Counted from the first letter of the stretch, positions 38,021-51,786 are shown. The stretch: 64,000 nt of DNA from an uncultured Pseudomonadota bacterium (GCA_963847705.1 CAWKBC010000027.1:192001-256000), one strand, 5' to 3'. Program-made: numbers and translations. The notes: generated from the sequence alone by a model not told the origin.

Positions 38021-38248
38021 ATGGCAGTGAGGACACACGCTGGCTGCAAGGCCGGCATCACGAGGACCTGGAAAGCGACCGCGCGTTACCTGAAGGGCGC
38101 TCCGGTGTCCATCGTCGCCCCGGTGCACGGGGTCTTCCAATCGATGATCGCCCTGATCGAGACCAAGAACGTCTGCCCGCTGCACCCCGAGGATCTCCCC
38201 GACGCCGTCGTCGCGGCGACGACGAAGAGAAAGCCCGCGCGCGCCTAG
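38021..38248 (+). CDS. Small hypothetical protein (75 aa)
   Basis: RBS AAGGAG upstream of ATG at 38021; GC3-biased codons. Confidence 0.5.
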   Translation: MAVRTHAGCKAGITRTWKATARYLKGAPVSIVAPVHGVFQSMIALIETKNVCPLHPEDLPDAVVAATTKRKPARA

Positions 38249-38317
38249 GACGCGCGCGCCTGGAGTCGGGGGGCCGCCCGATTGACCGGCGGCCTGTTGT
38301 CGCGCAGACCCTAGGGT

Positions 38318-39124
38318 GTGAACCGCGCCTACGGCATCGCGTTCGTCCTCCTGCTGGTGACCGGCGGCGGGCTGCTCTGGTGGTGGCATCAGCGCTCCGC
38401 GGCGGAAGTGGTGGCGACGCCGGCGCCCACCGTCGCTCCGGCGGCGCCTCCGGCGCCCGCGGCGCCGCCTGCCGCTCCGGTGATCCGCCATCCCCTGTCG
38501 GCAGCGCCGGCGGGCAAGTTGCCGTCGCTCGACAGCTCCGATTCCTACTTCGACAGCGCGCTCTCCGAGCTGCTCGGGCACCAGAAGCTGCGGGCGTTCT
38601 TTCAGCTGGACGGTGTAGCCCGCCGGTTCGTCGCCACGGTGAACAACCTCGCCACCGACGACGCGTCCCCCTCGCTCTGGCCGGTCAAGACCACGGAGGG
38701 CCGGTTCGAGACCGAGTCGCGCGCCGGCGAGACGACCATCGCCTCCCGCAACGGGGATCGCTATCTCCCGTTCGTGCGCCTCGTCGAGGGGATCGACGCC
38801 CACCGGGCGGTGGCGCTCTATCTGCGCGTCTATCCTCTGCTGCAGCAGGCCTACGAGGATCTCGGGTACCCCGGGAAGTACCTCAACGATCGCGTGGTCG
38901 AGGTGATCGACAACCTGCTCGCCACCCCCACGCCCGCGGGACCGATCGCGGTCAAGCGGTTCACGGCGGACGGCGGGTCTCCGACCGGCCTCTACGTCTA
39001 CGCAGATCCCGCGCTCGAGGCCAGCCCGGCGGGCCAGAAGATCCTGCTGCGCATGGGGCGCGACAACGCCGCGCTGCTCACGGCCAAGCTCCGGGAGATC
39101 CGGGCGCTGATCGCGGCCCGTTGA
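38318..39124 (+). CDS. DUF3014-like membrane-anchored protein
   Basis: TM, Pro-rich linker, LPSLDSSD, RRFVATV.NL, YPLLQQAYEDLGYP, Y.YADP.LE....QKILLRMG. Confidence 0.8.
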   Translation: MNRAYGIAFVLLLVTGGGLLWWWHQRSAAEVVATPAPTVAPAAPPAPAAPPAAPVIRHPLSAAPAGKLPSLDSSDSYFDSALSELLGHQKLRAFFQLDGVARRFVATVNNLATDDASPSLWPVKTTEGRFETESRAGETTIASRNGDRYLPFVRLVEGIDAHRAVALYLRVYPLLQQAYEDLGYPGKYLNDRVVEVIDNLLATPTPAGPIAVKRFTADGGSPTGLYVYADPALEASPAGQKILLRMGRDNAALLTAKLREIRALIAAR

Positions 39125-39131
39125 CCTTGGG

Positions 39132-39290
39132 CTACATCGCGCTCTGGATGTTGTTGAAGGTGTTGCTGATCTTGCCGCCCAGGACGAACACCACGGCAAT
39201 GATGAGTCCGGCGATGGCGGCAACGATGAGCCCGTACTCGACGGCGGTTGCGCCCTGCTCGTCCCGAAGTAAGTGAAGAAGCGCTCGCAT
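39132..39290 (-). CDS. flp: Flp-family type IVb pilin
   Basis: Manual translation MRALLHLLRDEQG|ATAVEYGLIVAAIAGLIIAVVFVLGGKISNTFNNIQSAM; RBS AGGAG. Confidence 0.9.
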   Translation of the reverse strand: MRALLHLLRDEQGATAVEYGLIVAAIAGLIIAVVFVLGGKISNTFNNIQSAM

Positions 39291-39456
39291 GCTTTGCTCC
39301 TGAGGTTTTGCCCGCGACAGGCGCCGACACTAACGCCGCGCCGGATCGACTTTCCAGGGCGAAGTTGGGGCCTCACCAACGTCGTGACGCGGGTCGCCTC
39401 GCGCCGTTTCGCCTCGGTCAAGACGAGGCCGCGCCCGGTCAATCCCCGGAGGGAAC

Positions 39457-39787
39457 TCAGGTGGGCGGGCCGGGGACCTCGAGCTCGGGCTGGCGACCGC
39501 TGGCCAGCGCTCGGCGAGCGTGGCGTCGGGGGCGCGCATCAACTCGGGCGTCGTCCGGGCGAAGATCTGCATCAGCGCCGGGATGACCGCGGTCCATCCG
39601 GTCTGGTGGCTGGCGCCGCTGCCGGCCCCGTGGTCGCCGCGGACGTACTCGTAGAAGGGGATGGCATCGCGGAAGCGCGGATCGTCGGGGGCCCACTCTT
39701 TCCAGGGCGCTCCCGCCGCGCTGCCTCCGCCAGACGTGTCTGCTCCGCCTTCGCTGCTCGCTCCGTCTGTCGTTACTCGTCGCTCAT
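39457..39787 (-). pseudogene. Internally deleted MGH1/GH63-like glucosidase pseudogene
   Basis: N-terminal motif AEQTRLAEAARR/PWKEW fused to C-terminal DPRFRDAIPFYEY.GD.GAG.GASHQTGWT; early TAA and a frameshift. Confidence 0.7.
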
Positions 39788-39911
39788 CAGAAGCAATATG
39801 GGTTTCGGCGATCGGTCAGGCGTGTAAGGCGGGCTCCCGAATTGGCGTCCGGCGAGGGGGCGCCGCCGGCGGCCGTCCGAAGCAGTCTTAGGTTTAGCCT
39901 CGGGAGGGGGT

Positions 39912-40697
39912 GTGACGATCGTGAAGGTGGAGGCGGTGTTCTTCTCGGTGCTGGCGTTGTTGTTCCTGGGGATGATCGCGATGCAGATCGCCGGTCATCG
40001 CTACGGGATTCGCCGCGGGGGCGACGAGCTGTTCGGCAGCTCGGAGGGGACGGCCGCGGTCGAGGCGGCGCTCTACGCGCTCCTGGGCCTCTTCGTCGCT
40101 TTCACCTTCAGCGGCGCCTCGGACCGTCTGGAGGCGCGGCGGCAGTTGATCGTCGAGGAGTCCAACGCGATCGGCACCGCCTACCTGCGCCTCGATCTCC
40201 TCCCGGCGGCCGACCAGCCGCCCATCCGCGTCGAGATGCGCCGCTACCTCGAGTCGCGCCTGACGTTCTACGACCGCCTGCTCGACTTCCGGGGGGCGGC
40301 CGAGGAGCGGGAAGGTGCCGACCGGATCCAGCAACAGATCTGGACCCACGCGGTGACCGCCGCGGCCCGCGCGCCGGACACCCGCGCCACCCTGCTGGTG
40401 TTGCCCAGCCTGAACGCGATGTTCGACGCCGCGAGCAAGCGTTACGCCGCGCTGCGGATGCACCTGCCGGTGGCGATCTTCATCCAGCTCCTGCTGATCG
40501 CGCTTGTCTGCGGGTTCTTCGCGGGGATCGGGATGTCCAAGCGAAAACGGCCGAGCTACCTGCACATGGTGATGTTCGCGGGCGTCATCGCGGTCACCGC
40601 CTACGTCATCCTCAACCTCGAGTATCCGCGGGTGGGGTTCGGACGCCTGCGGGCCCTCGACGTCGTCCTGCGCGAGCAGCTGGCCGCCATGCGCTGA
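39912..40697 (+). CDS. DUF4239/bestrophin-like membrane protein
   Basis: LLGLFVAFTFSGA..R...RR.LIVEESNAIGTAYLR, LEYPR.G. Confidence 0.75.
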   Translation: MTIVKVEAVFFSVLALLFLGMIAMQIAGHRYGIRRGGDELFGSSEGTAAVEAALYALLGLFVAFTFSGASDRLEARRQLIVEESNAIGTAYLRLDLLPAADQPPIRVEMRRYLESRLTFYDRLLDFRGAAEEREGADRIQQQIWTHAVTAAARAPDTRATLLVLPSLNAMFDAASKRYAALRMHLPVAIFIQLLLIALVCGFFAGIGMSKRKRPSYLHMVMFAGVIAVTAYVILNLEYPRVGFGRLRALDVVLREQLAAMR

Positions 40698-40772
40698 TCC
40701 GCGGGCGACCGGCGGCCAGCCGGTGAGGCGATCGTCCGGGCCGAGTGACTGTTCGCGAGGTAAGGTCCGGGC

Positions 40773-41300
40773 GTGCGGATCTTGGCGTTGCTGGCCTGCC
40801 TCCTCGGGGTGGCGTCCGTCGCTCGGGCGCAGATGGCCCCCCCGGACTTGACCCCTGGGCAGGTCGCCGCGGCGCGGGCGTACGAGGCGCAGAAGAAGAG
40901 CGTGGCCCTGGCGGTGACGCTGGAGGCGCTGTCGCCGATCGCCGGCGTCGGCGGGTTTTACGCCCACGACACGGACCGGGCGACCTTCCTGGCGATCATG
41001 AGCGGGCTCGCGGCGGGCGCTGGCGTCGGCTCGGCGTTCTGGCTCATTCACCTCGACGGCCAGCACTCGAGCGGGGTCGATCGCGTGTTCCAGGACGCGG
41101 AGCAGGGGGCGGCCATCACCGTGCTGGCCACGGCGGCGGTCGTCTACCTGGTGGCGCGGATCTCGGGACTGGTGGCGGCGCCCGAAGCGACGGCGGCCTT
41201 CAACGAGAATCTGCGTCAGGGGCTGGGCGCGCCGCCCTCCGAGCCGGTGGTCCCGTTCCATGCGCTCGCGCCGGGGGCCATGTTCACCCTCCGCTTTTGA
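40773..41300 (+). CDS. Exported/membrane hypothetical protein
   Basis: Signal peptide, hydrophobic segments, C-terminal Phe. Confidence 0.55.
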   Translation: MRILALLACLLGVASVARAQMAPPDLTPGQVAAARAYEAQKKSVALAVTLEALSPIAGVGGFYAHDTDRATFLAIMSGLAAGAGVGSAFWLIHLDGQHSSGVDRVFQDAEQGAAITVLATAAVVYLVARISGLVAAPEATAAFNENLRQGLGAPPSEPVVPFHALAPGAMFTLRF

Positions 41301-41318
41301 CGCCTCCGGGTCTGACGC

Positions 41319-43838
<2,520 letters not shown>

Positions 43839-43864
43839 GGGCGTCCGAATATATACTGCGCCGC

Positions 43865-44896
43865 ATGAAGATCCTGTTCATCGGTGGTACGGGGAACATC
43901 AGCTCGACGCTGAGCAAGCTGGTCGTCGAGCGGGGCCACGAGTTGCACCTGCTCAATCGCGGCAAAAGCAGCAAGCACCCTCTGCCCGCCGGCGTCCGGG
44001 TCATCAACCACGACATCCACAGCGGCGGACCCGGCTCCCTTCCGGCCGAGCTGCGCGGCGCCCGCTACGACGTGGTGGTCAACTGGATCGCCTTCCTGCC
44101 GTCGGACGTCGAGCGCGACCTGGCCTGGTTCGCGGGGGGGGCCAAGGGCGCGACCACGGGCGCGACCGAAGCCGCCACCACCGGCCAGTACATCTTCATC
44201 AGCTCGGCCTCCGCCTACCAGAAGCCGCCCGCCCACCCGATGATCACCGAGTCGACGCCGCTGGCCAACCCCTACTGGGAGTACTCGCGCAACAAGATCG
44301 CCTGCGAGGAGACGCTGATGCGCGCCCACCGGGCGACCGGTTTCCCGATGACGATCGTGCGCCCGTCCAACACCTACGACACCATCGTGCCGGTGGCGGT
44401 CAGCAAGTCCGACTTCACCATCATCGACCGCATCCGGCGCGGGCTGCCGATCATCATCCACGGCGAGGGGACGTCGCTCTGGACGCTGACCCACGCCGAC
44501 GACTTCGCGCGCGCGTTCCTCGGCCTCTGCGGCAACCCGCGCGCCATCGGCCACGCCTTCCACATCACCTCGGACGAGTGGCTGACCTGGGACCAGATCC
44601 TGCGCCTGGTCGGGCGCGCGGCGGGCGCCGAGCCGAACCTGGTTCACGTCCCGAGCGAGTTCATCGCCAAGCTCGACCCCGACACGGGCGCCGGCCTGCT
44701 GGGCGACAAGAGCTGGTGCGCGCTCTTCGACAACAGCAAGATCAAATCGTTCGTCCCGGGCTGGCACGCCGAGATCCCCTTCGCCGAGGGGATCCGGAGG
44801 ACCGTCGCCTGGTTCGACGCCGACAGGTCGCGCCAGGCGATCGACGCGGCGGCCAACACGCGCGTCGACGAGATCCTGGCCGCCTGGAAGCGCTAG
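43865..44896 (+). CDS. NAD-dependent epimerase/dehydratase (extended SDR)
   Basis: GGTGNIS, ISSASAY, YSRNK, RPSNTY. Confidence 0.9.
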   Translation: MKILFIGGTGNISSTLSKLVVERGHELHLLNRGKSSKHPLPAGVRVINHDIHSGGPGSLPAELRGARYDVVVNWIAFLPSDVERDLAWFAGGAKGATTGATEAATTGQYIFISSASAYQKPPAHPMITESTPLANPYWEYSRNKIACEETLMRAHRATGFPMTIVRPSNTYDTIVPVAVSKSDFTIIDRIRRGLPIIIHGEGTSLWTLTHADDFARAFLGLCGNPRAIGHAFHITSDEWLTWDQILRLVGRAAGAEPNLVHVPSEFIAKLDPDTGAGLLGDKSWCALFDNSKIKSFVPGWHAEIPFAEGIRRTVAWFDADRSRQAIDAAANTRVDEILAAWKR

Positions 44897-44948
44897 CGAC
44901 CATGCCGAGGGACTGGGCTCCGCGGGTCACCGGGCGGGCCGGACGCGT

Positions 44949-45404
44949 ATGACGCCGGAGAGACAGCTCGCGTCCTTCATCGACGCCTACTCGCCGGAGG
45001 TCGCCGCGGTGGCGAAGGCCACGCTGGTCACGATGCGGAAGCGCCTGCCGGGCGCCGTCGAGCTGGTGTGGGACAACTACAACGCCCTGGCGATCGCCTT
45101 CGGGTCATCCGAGAAGCTGGCCGATGTCATCTTCTCGATCGCGCTCTACCCGCGTTGGGTCAGCCTCTTCTTCAAGCACGGGGCGACGCTGGCCGATCCC
45201 GAGAAGCTGTTGAAGGGGAGGGGAGATGCGATGCGCCACATCGTTCTCGAGGGTGCCGCCAGCTTGAACCGCGCCGCCGTTCGGAAGCTGATGGACCAGG
45301 CCCAGGCGTCGGCGAACAATCCGATCGATCCCCAGGGCAAGCACCGGATCGTCATCAAGGCGATCTCCGCGAAGCAACGTCCACGACGGCCTGGTCGGCC
45401 GTAA
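44949..45404 (+). CDS. DUF1801-like protein
   Basis: ELVWDNYNAL...SIALYPRWVSLFF..GA.L.DP.KLL.G.G..RHI. Confidence 0.7.
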   Translation: MTPERQLASFIDAYSPEVAAVAKATLVTMRKRLPGAVELVWDNYNALAIAFGSSEKLADVIFSIALYPRWVSLFFKHGATLADPEKLLKGRGDAMRHIVLEGAASLNRAAVRKLMDQAQASANNPIDPQGKHRIVIKAISAKQRPRRPGRP

Positions 45405-45445
45405 GGCCCACGCCGCGGCCGGCTCAGCATCCGCCCGGCGCGGCC

Positions 45446-45607
45446 TTGGCAGAGAGACTGCTGGACCGCGTGCGCGGCGTGCTCCGCGCTCGTCATTACA
45501 GCCCACGCACAGAAGAGAGCCACGCGGCCTGGATTCGCCGGTTCATCCTCTTTCACAGCGTCGGCGAGATGTCGTGCGATCCGGCGGCCGACGCCGCCGG
45601 GCGGTGA
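45446..45607 (+). pseudogene. intI: Truncated integron integrase (N-terminal SAM-like fragment)
   Basis: RLLDRVRGVLRARHYSPRTEESHAAWIRRFILFH is the IntI N-terminal signature; frame stops shortly after. Confidence 0.8.
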
Positions 45608-45726
45608 GCTCGTGCCGCCGGGCCGCGGGCTGCCCCGGGGCCCCGCGCGGCCATGATACGCTCGGGCGCGAACCTCGCGTTCGCTGCTGGACGGCAGGTT
45701 CATTGGGCGCACGGTCGAGGGTCGCA

Positions 45727-46212
45727 GTGGGAGAACGTTCTACGAACCTGAGCCTTCAGCATCTTCCCCCTGGACAGGCATGGATCGCATCCGAGCTTGT
45801 GATGCGATCCTATCGGGCAGCAACGACGACCAACGACTCCGAAGAAGGTGTCGAAGAGTTCACGAGATACGCGTCCGCCGCTGGCATCAGCAGTCGAATG
45901 GGCCAAGGCAGTATCGTGGTGATGGCTCTTCTCGGTGCCGTCGCGATCGGCGTCGCAGAGGTCAGGAGGCCCGGACACATTGGACTCCTGTTCGTCTGTC
46001 CCGATCACCAAGGCCGCGGCGTTGGCCGCAGCCTGTGCGAGGCAGCCTTTGAGGCCGCCGCGCGAATGCTCCCTCTCCCGCCGAAGGTGACGGTGAACTC
46101 CGCCCCTGGAGCGGTGGCTTTCTACGAGAAGCTGGGCTTTCTGGTGAGCGGCGCGCTGACCGAGCTCAAAGGCATACGGTTTGTTCCCATGGAGAGGGAA
46201 GTCGGCGTCTGA
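45727..46212 (+). CDS. GNAT N-acetyltransferase (integron cassette-like)
   Basis: HIGLLFVCPDHQGRGVGR, TVNSAP.AV.FYEKLGF, GIRFVPM; lower GC than flanks; stop codon in the attC-like site. Confidence 0.85.
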   Translation: MGERSTNLSLQHLPPGQAWIASELVMRSYRAATTTNDSEEGVEEFTRYASAAGISSRMGQGSIVVMALLGAVAIGVAEVRRPGHIGLLFVCPDHQGRGVGRSLCEAAFEAAARMLPLPPKVTVNSAPGAVAFYEKLGFLVSGALTELKGIRFVPMEREVGV

Positions 46213-46265
46213 GCGTGCAACAGCGGACGGGCCTGCGCCCGTCGCTGCACACGATGGCGCTGAAC
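46207..46265 (+). other. Degenerate attC site (59 bp)
   Basis: Decayed R'' GTCTGAG and R' GCTGAAC; stem CAGCGGACGGGC-ctgc-GCCCGTCGCTG with one unpaired G. Confidence 0.65.
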
Positions 46266-46581
46266 GGACCCGCCTCGAACACGCGGTCCGCCAGCACCCG
46301 CGGGCGGTCCGAGGCGACGCAATCGTCTTCGCGGACCACGCGTGTGGTGTTGGGCCTATGCGGCGGAGCTCGACACTGAGAGCGAGCGCCTGGTTGTGCG
46401 CATCGTCGGAACCGGCACCGGCTGCTGGGGCAGGAGAGATGATCGCAGGAGGCGTCGAAGGCCGCGGGGAAGCCGGCCGTGTACCACCAGGCGCAGCTCC
46501 CAGGCGGATGCTGCTGGTCAGCTCGAAGAGGTCGGACGAAAACGCATAGGTCCCGTGCGCCGCGGAAGAGCGCTCCCCCCT

Positions 46582-47406
46582 TCAGCCCAGGCCGTGGCGC
46601 TTGAGCGCCTGCTGGCGCAGCGAGACGTTCAGGAGGTGGTGACGCACCACCGCGAACATGGCCGTCGCCGTGAGCACCGAGACCGCCAGATCGTGGAGGT
46701 GGCGGTCCTCGCGTCCGGGCGTGTGCAGCATCAACGCAAACCCGAGCAGCGGGATCACCAGGACCACCGACAGGAGCTGCCAGTAGCCCCGGACCTTTTG
46801 CCCCTTCAGCGTCAGCCGGGTGCAGGCGGTGTCCTCCACGGCGAGATCGCGCAGCGTCGCCTCCCGGACGACCAGGTTGCGTTCGTTGCAGAACTCCTCG
46901 ACGTTCCGCCGGTGGCGGCCGAGCAGGTCGACGACGTCGACGTTCTGAACCTCGGCGCGCCGATAGCGCGGGCCGACGTCCCCGGACAGGCCGGCGCCCG
47001 GGCAGGCCGTCTGCACCATCCCGCCGCCGTGCAGCAGGGTCACCGCGCCGAATCTGACCGGCTCGTCGAGGACGACCCGGTGCAGCGCGACGAAGGTTCT
47101 CCCATCGGCGGCGGCCAGCCAGCGCTCACCCTGCAGGGACTGCCGGTGCCAGCGCAGCGGCGTGTTGAACCAGCAGGTCTCCGTCGTCGTGCCGAGCGGC
47201 TTGAACCCGGCCGCGACCAGCTGACTGAATCGCAGCCGATAGCTCGGATCACCCGGGCCAGGCTCGACGCTGAACGGGTCCTCGAGCACAACCACCCGGA
47301 CCGGCCGCCACCCGATGCTCACCATCAACAGAGGGACGAGCATCCAGATCAGCCCCAGCGCGGCGGCGGCGCAGAGGATCCAGTCGATGGCGACGGTCGC
47401 GGGCAC
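46582..47406 (-). CDS. Hypothetical membrane protein
   Basis: 274-aa ORF with N- and C-terminal TM helices. Confidence 0.6.
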   Translation of the reverse strand: MPATVAIDWILCAAAALGLIWMLVPLLMVSIGWRPVRVVVLEDPFSVEPGPGDPSYRLRFSQLVAAGFKPLGTTTETCWFNTPLRWHRQSLQGERWLAAADGRTFVALHRVVLDEPVRFGAVTLLHGGGMVQTACPGAGLSGDVGPRYRRAEVQNVDVVDLLGRHRRNVEEFCNERNLVVREATLRDLAVEDTACTRLTLKGQKVRGYWQLLSVVLVIPLLGFALMLHTPGREDRHLHDLAVSVLTATAMFAVVRHHLLNVSLRQQALKRHGLG

Positions 47407-47433
47407 CGTGCCCTCAGCCCCGCAAGGAATGCA

Positions 47434-47586
47434 TCAGCGGATCGCGCGGAACCACGCATCGATCAGGAACTGGCAGACGACCAGGAGCAATCCCGCGAAG
47501 AGGCCGATGCCCACCATCTTCACCGCGAAGCCAGCGCTCCCCATCAATCGCCGCTCAACCCCGAACCGCCGCGCCAGGACAGACAT
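47434..47586 (-). CDS. Small single-TM protein (50 aa)
   Basis: Strong RBS GGAGG; MSVLARRFG...MVGIGLFAGLLLVVCQFLIDAWFRAIR. Confidence 0.5.
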   Translation of the reverse strand: MSVLARRFGVERRLMGSAGFAVKMVGIGLFAGLLLVVCQFLIDAWFRAIR

Positions 47587-47603
47587 CTTTCTTTACCTCC
47601 AGA

Positions 47604-47619
47604 TGGCACGAAGGTAGCT
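47604..47619 (+). promoter_or_regulatory. Putative sigma54 (-24/-12) promoter of the kinase/activator operon
   Basis: TGGCACG-AAGG-TAGCT (GG-N10-GC). Confidence 0.6.
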
Positions 47620-47721
47620 CGGGCGTCGTCAAGGGGTGGTTTCGGAGCGGAGCAAGGTGTGTAAAACCTGGCTGGCGGTGCTAGCGTTCGAGTCCTGACT
47701 CTCCGGACCGAGCTCTCGCTG

Positions 47722-49613
47722 GTGCTGTCGTCGCTGCTGGTCGTGTCGATCGGCCTCGCGGGCGGGACCACCATCTACCAGTCGGCGCGCACCATGCGCC
47801 GCGAGCTGACCACCGAGTACCAGCTGTTCGCCGAGAACCGCGCCTTCGCGCTGCGCGACAACTTCGAGATCCTCGAGGACGAGCTCAAGCGCCTGGCGCT
47901 CTTGCCGGAGATGAACCCGACCGATCCCGATCTGCTGCAAGAGGAGCAGATCCTGGCCGGCGCGCACGCCCACTCGGTCCTCTACAACGCGGCGGTGCTG
48001 CTGCTCGACCGCAACGGCCACTGCGTGCGTTCGGTCCCCGACCAGTCGGCCTTCGGCGGCCAGTCGTTCGGGGATCGCTCCTGGTTCCGCTCGGTGCGGG
48101 GCGGGGAGGCGGGGCCGCTCTTTCGCATCACCGACGAGCCGACGCTGGGACAGACGCTGAAGATCGTGCAGCCGATCGTCCGCGGCGGGACCTTCACCGG
48201 CGCGCTGGTCGGGGTCATCGCGCTCGCCGAGAACAACCTGATCGCGCCGACCTTTCGCGAGAACCTGCCGCGCGACACCGACGCGGTCCTCATCGACGAG
48301 GACGCGCAACTCGAGCGGGCAGGGGGCGTCATCTATCCACCCGGCCGGCCGCGGGTGATGGGCGGCTCCAGCTGGGCTGAGGCGATCACCGCCGCCTCCT
48401 ACGGACAGAGCGGGACGCTGATCGGCGAGGCCAATGGCCAGAAGGCGCTGTTCGCCTACGCCCCGGTCGGCGGCGGGACCCGGTACGCGGTGGTCTTCTC
48501 CTGGCCCTGGCGGACGCTGACCGCCAACATCGAGCAGCAGGGAGCGACCCTGGGCGGGATCCTGGTGTTCGGCATCCTGGTGGCGACCATCGCCGGCGTG
48601 CTGCTGTCGGCCTACCTGACCCGGCCGCTGCAGGCGCTGGCCGCCGGGGCGATCCGCATCGCGCGCGGCGAGCACCTCCCGGCGGCCTCCACCCCGCGCC
48701 CGGCGGGGACCGAGGAGATCTCCACGCTGCTGGGCGCGTTCGAGCAGATGGAGGACTCGATCCAGAAGCGCGACCAGGAACTGCGCGAAGCGGCCGGAAT
48801 GCTGGAGCAGCGCGTCCGTGACCGCACGCAGGAGCTGGTGGCGACGCAGGCGGCGCTGGTCGAGGCCGAGCGCTTCGCGGCGATGGGCAAGACCTCGGCG
48901 GCGATCGCGCACGAGCTGAAGAACGCGCTCAACGGCCTGGGGATGGCGGTCGAGCTCATCGCCCAGGATCCCTCCAACACCACGCGGGTGGCGCGCTTGC
49001 GCCCGCAGGTGGTCGGCGAGATCGCGCGCCTGCGCGACGTGGTCGATTCGCTGCTCTCGTTCTCGCGCTCGCCGCGCATCGAGCGCGCGCCGGCGGATCT
49101 GGCGGCGGTGGTCGCGCGCGCGTCGGAGGCGGTCACCGACCTGGTCGCCGACCGCAGCGTCGTCCTGACCGTCAACGCGCCCCCCACGCTGCCGTTCCGC
49201 TGCGACGCCCACAAGATCCAGGGGGTGATGGTGAACCTGATCAAGAACGCCGTCGAAGCGGGGCGCACCGTCCTGGTCTCCGTGGGGGCGCGCGGCGGCG
49301 AGGCGCGCATCGAGGTCTCCGACGACGGCCCGGGGCTGTCGCCCGAGGCGCGCGCCCACCTGTTCGAGCCGTTCTTCACCACCAAGCCGAACGGCACCGG
49401 GTTGGGGCTGCCGACCTCGCGGCGTTTCGTGGAGGCGCACGGCGGGGCGATCGACGTCGGCACCTCCGAGCTGGGGGGCGCTCTCTTCCGCGTGCGGCTG
49501 CCGCTCGAGGTAGAACCCAACCTGGAGAGCGATCGCGCGGAGGCAGCCGGGATTCGCCCGGCGGAGTCCGTCGCGGGGGGGAGCGGGGACCCTCTCAGGG
49601 TCCCCGAAAACAG

Positions 49614-49617
<4 letters not shown>
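47722..49617 (+). CDS. Sensor histidine kinase (Cache-like periplasmic domain + HAMP)
   Basis: Two TMs, HAMP, AHELKNAL, NLIKNA, DDGPG, FFTTK..GTGLGL; start approximate. Confidence 0.9.
49545..49606. repeat. 62-bp double-hairpin palindromic element, copy 2, in the kinase C-terminal tail
   Basis: agccgggattcgcccggcggagtccgtcgcgggggggagcggggaccctctcagggtccccg. Confidence 0.8.
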
Positions 49618-51008
<1,391 letters not shown>

Positions 51009-51033
51009 CCGGTTGCCCGCCGCCGTTCGTGGT

Positions 51034-51786
51034 CTACCCGCCGCTGGGGATCATGTAACTGGTCAGCTCCTCCAGGTGCCCCGTGGTGTTCGACTCGCGG
51101 ATCTTGCCGACGCCGGGCACGAACCACTGGCTCTTGGCGGTGCCGTCGGAGGTGTCGGTGCGGGTGATCTTGAGCGCGCTGAACGTCCCGGCCGGCACGG
51201 TGACCGTCTCGTTGACGGCGTCGGTGGTCCAGTTCTCGGTGATCGTCTTGTTGGTGGCCGGCTTGCTGGCCGAGGTGTGGGCGTCCATGTAGCTCAAGGT
51301 CCAGGCCGCGCCCGCCATGAGGTGGTCGGGTGATTCGTCGACCCGCAGATCGTACGGCGTGTACCAGTCCTCCGACGACATCACGCCGTTGGCGTCGACC
51401 TGCTGGTCGTGGTGGCGGCGCACGTCGGTGGCGGTCGACTCGTACCAGGTCAGCTGGGTGCTGGTCTTGATCGTCTCGCTGACCTTGTAGCCCATGATCC
51501 CCGCGGCGATGCCGCCGATGTCCTCGTACGACTCGACGGCGCTGTTCTTGACGTAGGCCACCCCGGTGTCGGTGACGTTGTAGACCCAGGTCGTCCCCAC
51601 GACCAACGGCTGGTAACGACCGCTCGTCACCAGCGGCACCGCGCCGTCAGCCGCCAGCGCTCCGCTGCTTCCGCCGCTGCCGCTGGTGCTCCCCACGCTT
51701 CCGCCACTTCCGCTGCTGCTGCACCCGGCCCCCGCCACCGCCGCCAGCGCGGCGAAAGGAATGATCTTCACCACCAAGAAACGCAT
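51034..51786 (-). CDS. Beta-rich lipoprotein
   Basis: Lipobox GAGC; YQPLVVGTTWVY...ETVTVPAGTF...WFVPGVG. Confidence 0.75.
   Translation of the reverse strand: MRFLVVKIIPFAALAAVAGAGCSSSGSGGSVGSTSGSGGSSGALAADGAVPLVTSGRYQPLVVGTTWVYNVTDTGVAYVKNSAVESYEDIGGIAAGIMGYKVSETIKTSTQLTWYESTATDVRRHHDQQVDANGVMSSEDWYTPYDLRVDESPDHLMAGAAWTLSYMDAHTSASKPATNKTITENWTTDAVNETVTVPAGTFSALKITRTDTSDGTAKSQWFVPGVGKIRESNTTGHLEELTSYMIPSGG

Noticed and set aside
34617-38030. Long antisense or alternative-frame ORFs (e.g. 34617-38030+, 13084-16002-, 41394-43868+, 6569-8767+, 61181-63352+)
   Set aside because: They overlap well-supported genes, lack motifs, and are the expected stop-poor shadows of GC3-biased coding sequence.
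39357-39414. Formal call of a c-di-GMP-I or ZTP riboswitch
   Set aside because: Only partial resemblance to either consensus; kept as a finding, not as a feature.
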